From: Candidatus Micrarchaeota archaeon
Lineage (GTDB): Archaea > Micrarchaeota > Micrarchaeia > Micrarchaeales > CABMGC01
NCBI GenBank assembly: GCA_021803425.1
Contig: JAJZLN010000020.1
Location: 3,924 to 67,923, forward strand
Length of the DNA: 64,000 nucleotides
Reading direction: 5' to 3'
Shown: positions 42,713 to 51,234 of the stretch, in pieces
Numbering within the stretch: the first letter of the stretch is position 1
Layout of the letters: each line of letters opens with the position of its first letter
Notes under the pieces: model-generated
What the model saw: the letters and a program-made list of their open reading frames with translations, nothing else
Told to the model about the DNA's origin: nothing
The model's database searches: none
Translations under genes and position numbers: made by a program

Positions 42713-45700
42713 TTATGATCCTAGCCTTGGCCTCTTGTTTTTAAGCATGTACAGGACTGCAATGATTATTATTATGATGATTATGATTACTGCGATAAGC
42801 AACACACTCGATGTTGAAGATGGAGTCGGCTGAGCAGCGGCAGTTGTAGGAAGCAACGTAGACACTGCTGAAGCGTTTGAAGGCGTTTTTGGCGCAGTAT
42901 GGTTCTGCTCCATTATTGCTACAACGGGATCTGCAGGCATGCTGAATGAGACTGTGCATGATGTTGCATTCACAGTGAACGGAGATATTGCGTCCCACGT
43001 ACCGTTCTCGAGAATGAAAGGCCTTATGTTTGCTGCAGGTATATTGCAAGGATAGCTGTATTTTACGTTTATGTGATTAACTACTGTCGCATTGGATGTG
43101 ATGTTCGTAGCTGAAAGCTTTGTGAAGCCGATGAGGGCGTTCGGAGAGAGCGCAGTAACGTTTATTGCAAGCAGCTTTGCTGTTGAATTTGAGGAGCTGT
43201 TCGATACAAGCTCAATCGTGACTCCTGTGTTGCTGAAGTTTATCTGCTGCGATGCTCCATGCGTCAAGTTAACTGTCTGATTGAGCGAAGTTGATGGAGG
43301 CACTGTAGTTACCACTGTTGATGGCGTGGTAGTTGGAGCAGTTGTAGGTTGAGTCGTTGGAGGAGGGGATGAAGATGAGACTGCAGATCCTCCGGTGCCG
43401 AGCGATCCGACCTTCAGCGTGGACGTAAGCGATGATGAGGTGTAGTTTGCGTTTCCGGGATTGGTGAATGTGAATGAATATGTGCCGGGTGAGCCCTGCT
43501 CAGTCCAGTGCATCACTGAATCGGTCTTTCCGAAGAGCGCCCCGTTGACGTAAAGCGACCATGCGCTCTGGTTGCCTATCGTCGGAGTTCCGGTGAATGT
43601 TATATTCACCGCAGAATAGAAGCCTGCGAAGCCGGGGTTGCCTGATGAAGTCGCAGACAGCAAATCGTTCGATTCTACTACCACGGTGTTTGTCACCTGC
43701 GGCACTGAATAATAGATTGTGGTTCCGGTGTCAGTGACTATCACATTGAATACGTAGTTTCCAGGTATTGTGTTTGAATTTAGCGTATTTGTCGATGAAA
43801 GAGTCGATGGTGAAACTGTGTTTTGCGCCTCTGCGTTGTTGAGCGTGAATGCGTATATGAAATTGCCAGTTCCGCTTCCTCCTGTGACTGCTGCCGTAGT
43901 GATTACAGAGTTTCCGTAAAGTATTGAGTTTGTGACGATTCCTGATCCTGTCTGAACGGTGAGGGAAACAACTGGAGTTGAATATGCGACTATTTGCGAA
44001 GAATGGAGAGAGTTCATTGTAACAGAAATAGATGCATGATCAGAAACGAATACGTTTGACACAAGCGTGTTTCCTGCATTTCCCGTTGCCTGCCAAAGGA
44101 ATGAGTTCGATGATGTAAGCATGTTAGCCACCTGTATGTTAGTAATGCTGTTGTATACGATGAAGTTGTAGGTGTATGGAAGCGTACCTCCAGTATCGTA
44201 TGCTGCGAAATTTACGTATTGTCCTGTGTCTACGAGCGTGTTGGATGCGGAGATTGTCGGGGTCTGAAGCACTGAATTGACTGTGATTGTGGATGTATGC
44301 AACGAGTTCACTGTCACTGAAGTTGATGCGCTGTCCGTTACGAATACGTTTGCCACAATTGTGTTTCCTGCAGATCCCGTTGCCTGCCAGAGGAATGAGT
44401 TCGATGATGTAAGCATGTTTGCGACCTGTATGTTAGTAATGCTGTTGTATACGATGAAGTTGTAGGTGTATGGAAGCGTACCTCCAGTCTCGTATGCTGC
44501 GAAATTTACGTATTGTCCCGCATCTACGAGCGTGTTGGATGCGGAGATTGTCGGAGTTGATAAGTCCGGATTTACTTCTATGGTATTTGATATTGAATTG
44601 GAGACGAATGGAGTTGAGGTGCCGGTGTCTGTTGCAATGATGTTGAATGTCTGGGCTCCCTGAACAGGTATGTTGGAACCGAAGGTTATCGTTCCTGAAA
44701 ATCCGGCAGGCTCTATGATCGTATTTACTACAGTGCCTCCATTCATCAGGTTTACAGTAAACGGACCGGTGCCTCCGGAAAGAATGGTGTTGTATGTTAC
44801 GTATTGTCCAGAATCAAGCATCACATTGGACGGAAGAGGCGTGGTCGAAGAGGGGGCAGGATCTATCGTTATAGTGTTGGACAGTGTCACGGTGTTGCTT
44901 CCATAATAGTAAAGGTTGGTGCCGTTGTCCTGAGCAAACCCGTAGAGTGTCCATTGACCATAGATTGTATTTTGACCTGTACTTTCAGAATATGTAATTC
45001 CATTGAATGTATATGTTAAAGTGTTGCTGCTTACTGCGTCTGTTGTTAATTGCGTTAAACCTGAAGACGGAATTTCCTGCAACGATGTTTCAGGGAGATT
45101 CCCAATTAGGTATACTTGATCTGGGGCAGCTGAAATATATGCAAAAGCGCCAGAGGGGTTGAAAGCCACACCATTTGGATTAGTATTACTTATAGTAATT
45201 GTTTGACTCACGGTATTTGTGGCCACATCAATTACATTTACCTCACCTGCATTGAGTGTTACGTAGGCGAGGGTGCCGGAAGGATTGAAGGCTACATCTA
45301 TTGGAGAAGAACCTACAAAGATTGTATTGACTACTGTATTTGATGATAGTTGAATTACGCTTGCTGTGCTGCCACCTTGGTTTATAACATAGGCGAGGGT
45401 GCCAGAAGGATTTATTGCTAAAGCGTATGGATTAGAACCTACATTGATGGTATTTACTACTGCATTTGAAGCCACATTTATTACACTTACTTCGTTGTTG
45501 TAATAGTTTGTGAAATATACTAACGTGCCGGAAGGATTGAAGGCTACGCCATAAGAAGGAGCACCTACATTAATGGTATTTACCACTGTGTTTGTAGCTA
45601 CATCAATTACATTTACTAGGTTAGTATTATACGACCCAGTATATACTAGAGTGCCGGAAGGATTGAAGGCTAAGTCTCCTTGAACATTTTGTAGGATAGT

Positions 45701-46189
45701 ATTAATTACTGTGTTTGTAGCAAGGTCAATTACGTTTACTGTACCTAATTGCGAAGAGACGTATGCAAGGGTGCCAGAAGGATTGACGGCTAGGCCATCA
45801 GGCTTCGTTTCATAGATAGTATTTACCACACTATTTGTAGCAACATTTATTACGTCCAATTCATATGAGCCAGGAGCAAGAACATAGGCGAGGGTGCCGA
45901 AAGAATTGAAGGCTACGGTACTTGGAGTAGAACCTATAGTAATGGAATTCAAAACATTATTATTTACTTCATTTGAAGTTATCCAGCTCCACTGCCCGGA
46001 ATACGGACCTCCGGATCCGCCGCTCACTGCGGTGTTCGCGACGGATATCTGGCCGACGTCTATTATCGTGTTGGAAATAGTAAAAGAATTGTATGCCGCA
46101 GAGAACTGCGCTGCATGCGAATAGCTCGAAAATACCAGGAACGAGAAAAGGGCAAGGAGCGAGAACCGAATGTAGCTGTAAGAATCCAT
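42713..46189 (-). CDS. Giant modular surface protein (1158 aa): signal peptide, Ig-like module, YVTN beta-propeller repeats, multiple Ig-like modules, conserved module, Ser/Thr/Pro linker, C-terminal domain, TM anchor
   Basis: Signal peptide ..FSSYSHA/AQ. About 7 repeats of the type AFNPSGTLAYV..xxVxVIDVATNTVVNTI are present. Ig-like modules carry GGT(L)PYTYNF and GGTGPFTVN motifs. The module NITFTGTPTIGNQSAWSLYVNGALFGKTDSVMHW is present. The C-terminal domain is shared with 22186-24021 (..VKYSYPCNIPAANIRPF..). It ends in an Ile-rich TM helix and a KNKRPRLGS tail. Confidence 0.85.
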   Translation of the reverse strand: MDSYSYIRFSLLALFSFLVFSSYSHAAQFSAAYNSFTISNTIIDVGQISVANTAVSGGSGGPYSGQWSWITSNEVNNNVLNSITIGSTPSTVAFNSFGTLAYVLAPGSYELDVINVATNSVVNTIYETKPDGLAVNPSGTLAYVSSQLGTVNVIDLATNTVINTILQNVQGDLAFNPSGTLVYTGSYNTNLVNVIDVATNTVVNTINVGAPSYGVAFNPSGTLVYFTNYYNNEVSVINVASNAVVNTINVGSNPYALAINPSGTLAYVINQGGSTASVIQLSSNTVVNTIFVGSSPIDVAFNPSGTLAYVTLNAGEVNVIDVATNTVSQTITISNTNPNGVAFNPSGAFAYISAAPDQVYLIGNLPETSLQEIPSSGLTQLTTDAVSSNTLTYTFNGITYSESTGQNTIYGQWTLYGFAQDNGTNLYYYGSNTVTLSNTITIDPAPSSTTPLPSNVMLDSGQYVTYNTILSGGTGPFTVNLMNGGTVVNTIIEPAGFSGTITFGSNIPVQGAQTFNIIATDTGTSTPFVSNSISNTIEVNPDLSTPTISASNTLVDAGQYVNFAAYETGGTLPYTYNFIVYNSITNIQVANMLTSSNSFLWQATGSAGNTIVANVFVTDSASTSVTVNSLHTSTITVNSVLQTPTISASNTLVDTGQYVNFAAYDTGGTLPYTYNFIVYNSITNIQVANMLTSSNSFLWQATGNAGNTLVSNVFVSDHASISVTMNSLHSSQIVAYSTPVVSLTVQTGSGIVTNSILYGNSVITTAAVTGGSGTGNFIYAFTLNNAEAQNTVSPSTLSSTNTLNSNTIPGNYVFNVIVTDTGTTIYYSVPQVTNTVVVESNDLLSATSSGNPGFAGFYSAVNITFTGTPTIGNQSAWSLYVNGALFGKTDSVMHWTEQGSPGTYSFTFTNPGNANYTSSSLTSTLKVGSLGTGGSAVSSSSPPPTTQPTTAPTTTPSTVVTTVPPSTSLNQTVNLTHGASQQINFSNTGVTIELVSNSSSNSTAKLLAINVTALSPNALIGFTKLSATNITSNATVVNHINVKYSYPCNIPAANIRPFILENGTWDAISPFTVNATSCTVSFSMPADPVVAIMEQNHTAPKTPSNASAVSTLLPTTAAAQPTPSSTSSVLLIAVIIIIIIIIIAVLYMLKNKRPRLGS
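43475..43645 (-). repeat. Conserved ~170-bp tract, copy in the 1158-aa gene
   Basis: See 36208-36377. It corresponds to roughly aa 849-906 of the protein. Confidence 0.85.
43970..44557 (-). repeat. In-frame tandem duplication, 2 x 294 bp (98 aa), inside the 1158-aa gene
   Basis: Protein aa 545-642 and 643-740 both begin TPTISASNTLVD(A/T)GQYVNFAAY(E/D)TGGTLPYTYNFIVYNSITNIQVANMLTSSNSFLWQATG. The first ~60 aa differ at 2 positions and the distal third is more diverged. DNA copies are 44264-44557 and 43970-44263. Confidence 0.9.
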
Positions 46190-46393
46190 ATTTGATCTGC
46201 ATTCCTTTGTTTTATAATATTAATAAACGTTGCCCACCCTCCGCAAAATATCCTCAAATAAACGCATTTCATGCAGAAATTAGGGGGGCGCAGAACACCC
46301 AAAGCTGAACTGAATATAGTCTTTGACATTCAGGAACGGTTTTGCAACGAGATACTGGACCGCCGAAGCGCTGATGAATGATTTACAGTGATT

Positions 46394-46819
46394 TCATTCG
46401 TCTTCTGGGAGGTCTGAAGATTCTTCTTCAGGCACATCCCCCTTTCCTATTACCTCTATCTTGCCGTACTTGCCCGTTGAAAGCTGCGGATTCCCCTTGA
46501 ACTCGCCAACATATCCTTTTGATATCTTTACCTTGTCTCCGACATTCACAGATTCGATGTCCTTTCCCCACAGGGATAGCGTTATCGTGCCTGTATCGTC
46601 TTTGAGCACTGCACTTGCAACATTGAGCCTTTTTCCGTATTTTGTTATGACTTCTCTTGGTTCCTGCTTCTCTACAACAGTCGCTTCAAGTTCCACGTCA
46701 GAGGATCCTGCTTTAAGGTCACTTATATTCATATTATCACTGATTTCGAAATTATATGCTTCATAAACTATATTAATCTTAACCTTGGAAAAGGCACTGC
46801 CGGAGCCAGACAGGATCAT
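46394..46819 (-). CDS. OB-fold single-stranded DNA-binding protein (short RPA/SSB-like) with acidic C-terminal tail
   Basis: 141-aa ORF. The OB-fold pattern is VELEATVVEKQEPREVITKYGKRLNVASAVLKDDTGTITLSLWGKDI..GDKVKISKGYV and the tail is EEESSDLPEDE. The internal Met at 46732 (MNISDLKAG) is an alternative start. Confidence 0.65.
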   Translation of the reverse strand: MILSGSGSAFSKVKINIVYEAYNFEISDNMNISDLKAGSSDVELEATVVEKQEPREVITKYGKRLNVASAVLKDDTGTITLSLWGKDIESVNVGDKVKISKGYVGEFKGNPQLSTGKYGKIEVIGKGDVPEEESSDLPEDE

Positions 46820-47142
46820 GCAGTTTTATATGCATTGGAGCAAAAATCAAGCAGTTTTCTTATAGTGCCAGACACCTTGATTGAATATAACCCTATGCTT
46901 TTGCCGTCAAGCTTTTTTATGAATGAAAGGGCAAGTATTATGTCGCCTTCGTGGCCCCTGTTTACGCGCATTATGAAAACTGATTCATTGAATTGGAGCA
47001 TGATTTTCGGGGAGGCAATCGAATATCCTATCTCGCCTATCTCCTTTTTTATTGCGTTGGATATTTGCAACGCATTCTTCATCGGACTTGTTGCTTCGGA
47101 TGACTCTATAAGCAAATACCTGTTTTTGTACTTAGTTATCAT
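46816..47142 (-). CDS. rnp2: RNase P protein component 2 (Pop5)
   Basis: 108 aa. KYKNRYLLIESSE.. and ..IMRVNRGHEGDIILALSFIKKLDGKSIGLYSIKVSGTIRKL parallel archaeal Pop5 (RYI.F.., ..VRC.R..V...R.AL.LV....G....I.TLGVSGTIKRL). Confidence 0.82.
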   Translation of the reverse strand: MITKYKNRYLLIESSEATSPMKNALQISNAIKKEIGEIGYSIASPKIMLQFNESVFIMRVNRGHEGDIILALSFIKKLDGKSIGLYSIKVSGTIRKLLDFCSNAYKTA

Positions 47143-47630
47143 ATCTCGTCGACCTTGAGCAGTTCTATTATGCTGTTGCCTTTGGTTATGAATCTTGAAA
47201 GCTCATCAAGCTGCACCCTGGAAAGGAGCTGCTCTTTTGAGCTAGCGAGCGACACAATCCTTACCTTCGCCTTTAACTTATGTGCTGCAACGGCAATCTT
47301 CCTGGCTTTCGCCGCGGCATAATTCCTGTCCGTTCTTTCATCAATGATTTCAGAAGCGGGTATAAATAAGATCTTGTCCGAATCGGCTATCTTCTCTATG
47401 GCATTTTTATTTAGTTCAAAACCCGCAAATATTGCGCCTGCAACGCTGCTTTCCCTTATTGCAGATATTATGGTTCCTGGATTTTCGCTGCGGATTATTG
47501 ATGGGATTTGGGGACCTGGCATTTTGGATGCGATAGCTATGTCAGTGCCTTCAACAAGCGCCTTGGAGAACCCGAGCCTTTTGAAAAGCGCATCATCAGC
47601 ATTGAAACGCACTATGTCTGCATATCTCAT
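47139..47630 (-). CDS. rnp3: RNase P protein component 3 (Rpp30), unusually short
   Basis: 163 aa. The position upstream of pop5 is conserved. The C-terminal half (RNYAAAKARKIAVAAHKLKAKVRIVSLASSKEQLLSRVQLDELSRFI) matches the Rpp30 pattern (..L.......KY.V..FLTS.A....D.R.P.DL..L). Confidence 0.65.
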   Translation of the reverse strand: MRYADIVRFNADDALFKRLGFSKALVEGTDIAIASKMPGPQIPSIIRSENPGTIISAIRESSVAGAIFAGFELNKNAIEKIADSDKILFIPASEIIDERTDRNYAAAKARKIAVAAHKLKAKVRIVSLASSKEQLLSRVQLDELSRFITKGNSIIELLKVDEI

Positions 47631-48619
47631 GCCATCCTCTCCTTCAGCTCATTAATTAGCCTGCTTATAGCAGTATTTATGTTTTCCTTTGCAGGGCCGT
47701 ATGCGCCTGCAGCACACGGATGGCCTCCGCCGTTGCCATTCAGTTCGCTGCCTGCCCGCTGCATGATTGCACCAAGATGTATGCCCAACTTTTTATCAAG
47801 ATTGGGCTGCATCCTTGATGATATTGAAGCTTCATTCTCCTTTACGGACCAGAAAACGGCTATGTCAGCGCCTATATTCAACGCCATTTCGGCAACGCTG
47901 TTTGGATGGGATGCGGATTTGCCATACACAAGGACATATTTTCCCACCTCTTCCACCGTTGCCGTTTTTATATCGAGAATAGACAGATATCTTATGTTCT
48001 CAGGTATATTTTTCCCCGACTCAGCGACAAGATCCTGATACCTTTTGCCTGATAGCGGGATAAGTTCGGACATCTGCATGAAGGTGTGTGGAGTGGCATT
48101 CCTAAGCCCCGCAGAGTCAGCTATTATCCCGTACAGAAGAGTCAGAGCAATCTTCCTGCCAATATTCACATTCAGGCATTTTAGCACATCGTATATTATG
48201 CTTGAAGTAGAATTGTATTCCTCGGAATTGAAGATGCTTGAATTTAGCGGGATTGACTTTGGGGCTATATGGTGGTCTATGAACAGAATCTCGCTTTTGC
48301 TTGATAATATGGTTTCCTTGAAATTGGAGAGGGAATTCAGGGTGTTTGCATCGAGGACTATCACCGCGCTGCCGTTCCTTATGGATTTTTTGATGCGCTT
48401 GCCGTAGTAGAGCCTGCTTACCATGTTCTGCGCGTTCCTTGTTATGAAATCAGGAGTAGCTATATCCGCATCTGCCAGGTATTCCGACAGCGCGAGAGCT
48501 GAAGCGACGCTGTCCCTGTCGCCTACAGAATGGAAGGTTATGGTCACGCTTTTATCTTTATAGTTTTTGATTATGCCACAGAGCCTTGGAAGGTCGAGGA
48601 ATTCATCCACTCCGCTCAC
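47627..48619 (-). CDS. DHH/DHHA1 family phosphoesterase (NrnA/RecJ-like)
   Basis: 330 aa with ITFHSVGDRDSVASALAL (motif I/II), VIVLDAN, FIDHHI (DHH) and GGGHPCAAG (DHHA1). Confidence 0.85.
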   Translation of the reverse strand: MSGVDEFLDLPRLCGIIKNYKDKSVTITFHSVGDRDSVASALALSEYLADADIATPDFITRNAQNMVSRLYYGKRIKKSIRNGSAVIVLDANTLNSLSNFKETILSSKSEILFIDHHIAPKSIPLNSSIFNSEEYNSTSSIIYDVLKCLNVNIGRKIALTLLYGIIADSAGLRNATPHTFMQMSELIPLSGKRYQDLVAESGKNIPENIRYLSILDIKTATVEEVGKYVLVYGKSASHPNSVAEMALNIGADIAVFWSVKENEASISSRMQPNLDKKLGIHLGAIMQRAGSELNGNGGGHPCAAGAYGPAKENINTAISRLINELKERMA

Positions 48620-48984
48620 TCGATTCCCTGCTGAGATCCTTGTGCCGATTTATATATCTGGGTTATCTTCTCGCTTAAGGCTTTCTCCCTTGCCTTTATG
48701 TCGTTGTATTGCTTGGTTACGGACTGGATTCTTGTGTTGGAAAGCTCCACCCTATCCTTCACGTCGCTTGACGCCTTGTCCTTGGTCGTTTCCACTATGA
48801 CTCCTCCGACGCTGATATATACCTTTCCTGTCGACTTCTCCAGCTCTGACGACGCCCTCTCAAGCTCGGATTTTTGCGCCTTAAGCTGCTCAAGCTGTAT
48901 TGCGTACAGCCTGAGCTGCTCCTGTACCGACTGATAGTCCTTTATCATTTTTTCTATATCTTGCGGATTTTGCTGGTCTGGCAT
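48616..48984 (-). CDS. pfdB: Prefoldin beta subunit
   Basis: The ORF track extends to 49065, but its N-terminal 27 aa are implausible (SFCKYIIYLYLW). The start is taken at ATG 48984 (MPDQQNPQDIEKMIKDYQSVQEQLR..). It has the coiled coil, beta hairpin (GKVYISVGGVIVE), coiled coil layout. Confidence 0.85.
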   Translation of the reverse strand: MPDQQNPQDIEKMIKDYQSVQEQLRLYAIQLEQLKAQKSELERASSELEKSTGKVYISVGGVIVETTKDKASSDVKDRVELSNTRIQSVTKQYNDIKAREKALSEKITQIYKSAQGSQQGIE

Positions 48985-49125
48985 AAAATCATCCAAAAAT
49001 GGCTTATTATTTTTCCACAGATAAAGATATATAATGTATTTGCAAAAGGATATGCTGCCCGACATGGGTTTTTAAATTTTCAGCGTACTAGAATATGCAG
49101 CAAGCATTTGCATTTCTTGAGGCCT

Positions 49126-49596
49126 ATGGAAATCAATGAAGCGTCGCTTATAGAGAATGAGGTCACGGTAAGGAATCTGAGGCTTACCGATGAGGTGCTG
49201 CAGACGAAGAGATCTGAAATAAGGTGGCTTGCACTGGCCCTTGGCATAATAAATCCAGGCGAATCAAGGTTGAGCTCTCTGGCAGTGCTTGATGCGCTGA
49301 TCTACTTCCAGTTTGTGAAGCTGGCAGATCCGACTGTAAAGGAGCTGACAGAATACATCAAGGCAAACTGGGAGGAGATAAACGAGAAAACGCTCAGATA
49401 TCATCTCCTCAGGATGAAGAATATGGGATTCATAGCAAACTCTTCGGGCAGATTTTATTTCAAGCCGCCGCAGACCGGGAACAGGTACGACCCTGACAAT
49501 TGGGCCATGCATATATTTGAATCTAACTATACAGATATAGCAAGCAAGATAAGCAAAGTAATAAAAGACGTGAAATCTAAATCAGTGATTGGATGA
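49126..49596 (+). CDS. Putative winged-helix DNA-binding protein
   Basis: The start is taken at ATG 49126 (MEINEAS..), because the upstream part of ORF 48874-49596 is antisense to pfdB. The wHTH-like segment is VKELTEYIKANWEEINEKTLRYHLLRMKNMGFIANSSGRFYF. The stop overlaps the next gene's ATG by 4 nt. Confidence 0.55.
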   Translation: MEINEASLIENEVTVRNLRLTDEVLQTKRSEIRWLALALGIINPGESRLSSLAVLDALIYFQFVKLADPTVKELTEYIKANWEEINEKTLRYHLLRMKNMGFIANSSGRFYFKPPQTGNRYDPDNWAMHIFESNYTDIASKISKVIKDVKSKSVIG

Positions 49597-51218
49597 AAAT
49601 AAAAGAAAGATATTTGTGGGCATTATTTGTGGCGGCGGTCCTGATAGCTGCAGCATACTTCAGGTTCTATTACCAGCCGGGATTGTACATGAAGGTAGTT
49701 ATGTATAAGCAGAGCGCAGTCATATTCCCCTATCAATCGGTTTCTGTGCCGATAAACATCACCAACACAGGTTCAGCTGAAATAGACAACATGAGCTTTG
49801 GATTATACCTTAACGGAAATAGCACGCAAATATACAAGGTGATACTGCCTGCTGGAAGGAGCGTGACCGTATTTTATAATTTCACCCCGGCGCACAGCGG
49901 AATTTACAACATATCGTTCATGGCTGACCCAAACAACTTCTATAATATACAGGATAGGCAGGAGGCGCACTCTTATGTTGACCTTGCAGTTTCAAACAGC
50001 ATACCCGCAAAACCGTATGAATACTTCAGCGACAACGGACTTATTGGAGAGAACAATGCAAGCATGACTCCGTTTGGGTACGAGGTAGCGCTTGCACTGT
50101 ACGAAAACCGCACCGAGGGAATAACCTCCGCAAGCACCGTATCAACGGGCCTGCTTGCACCGAGCAGCTCCGCACTGCTCAACAGTGAAATAATATACCC
50201 TGCAATGTACGTTTATTCAAAATACATTGGAGACGTCGCCGTGGCTAGCGGCTACTATAAAAATTACACGCTGGTGTCCATGTGGATAAAAGGGCTCCTC
50301 ACGCCGAGCGCAATACAGGACATAGCCGTTGGAAAAGGATTGAACACGACAATAAGGAATAATGTCAGCATAATAAAACTGGGTGGAAACGCCACTCTGT
50401 GCAGCTTCTATGCGGGGGGATGGCTGCAAAACCTTGCACTTATACCTAATAACCCAAATGAGAAAAGTGGAAGCTGCTACTCGGCGCTCTCGGTAGATAA
50501 TGGCAGCTTCAAGAACAACAGCCCATATTACATGCTCAAAACAAGCAATTATTCAATATTTGATTATTCAGGTTCGTTTGGCAACCTGAGCTATGCCGGA
50601 TCGTTGGCGGGAATCAACGGGACGATATATTATGAAAGCATTCTCAGGGGACCGAATCTCAGCAATGAATGCACCGGGCAAATATTCAACATCAGCAATA
50701 GCTCATACTGCAGCTCAAGATATATCGAACCGGGAAACACGCTGCTCACCGAAAGCGGAAGGCTCGTCGGAAACTACAGCTTAAACGTATGGACGCTATC
50801 GAACATTACTGACTTTGCGAGGTCTTACAACCAGGGGCTCGGGCTCCTTGGAAGCTATAATGCAATAGGCAACAGAATAAGATTTGTTTCGGTATACGCA
50901 AACTCGTGCTCGCTGGAAGGCAATCTCACGTGCTTTAATGAAAGCTTCAATTATAACAAACTTTCATTGATGGTACACAATGGGAATGTCGCACCTGTTA
51001 CACTGACGGGCATACAGTGCTACAATTCCGGAAGCGCGGTGGAGAAGACGCTTGGAATCACGCTTCATGAAGGTGAAAACGCAAGCATATCCACAGAATG
51101 CTACTCTAACGGCACCGTAATATCCGGATACCCTATAGGATTGGGGCTTATACTGCGGCTTAATTACACAGAATATGGGAGACCGATGTCTGCTCTAGGA
51201 TATACTTATATACCATGA
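49593..51218 (+). CDS. N-terminally anchored extracellular protein with CARDB-like domain
   Basis: 541 aa with TM helix LWALFVAAVLIAAAYF. The CARDB-like pattern is SVSVPINITNTGSAEIDNMSFGLYLNGN..VILPAGRSVTVFYNFTPAHSGIYNISFMADPNN. The rest is Cys- and N-x-S/T-rich. Confidence 0.7.
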   Translation: MKIKERYLWALFVAAVLIAAAYFRFYYQPGLYMKVVMYKQSAVIFPYQSVSVPINITNTGSAEIDNMSFGLYLNGNSTQIYKVILPAGRSVTVFYNFTPAHSGIYNISFMADPNNFYNIQDRQEAHSYVDLAVSNSIPAKPYEYFSDNGLIGENNASMTPFGYEVALALYENRTEGITSASTVSTGLLAPSSSALLNSEIIYPAMYVYSKYIGDVAVASGYYKNYTLVSMWIKGLLTPSAIQDIAVGKGLNTTIRNNVSIIKLGGNATLCSFYAGGWLQNLALIPNNPNEKSGSCYSALSVDNGSFKNNSPYYMLKTSNYSIFDYSGSFGNLSYAGSLAGINGTIYYESILRGPNLSNECTGQIFNISNSSYCSSRYIEPGNTLLTESGRLVGNYSLNVWTLSNITDFARSYNQGLGLLGSYNAIGNRIRFVSVYANSCSLEGNLTCFNESFNYNKLSLMVHNGNVAPVTLTGIQCYNSGSAVEKTLGITLHEGENASISTECYSNGTVISGYPIGLGLILRLNYTEYGRPMSALGYTYIP

Positions 51219-51234
51219 TGCAACTGTCACGCTT

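Noticed and set aside
46366-46420. Possible C/D box sRNA (TGATGA at about 46370 and CTGA at about 46414)
   Set aside because: No terminal stem and no convincing C'/D' boxes. The 3' half lies inside the SSB-like coding region on the opposite strand. Chance occurrence of these short boxes is likely.
48985-49125. N-terminal extensions of pfdB (to 49065) and of the wHTH ORF (from 48874)
   Set aside because: The two extensions overlap each other on opposite strands and encode implausible sequence. Internal ATGs at 48984 and 49126 give proteins of normal length.
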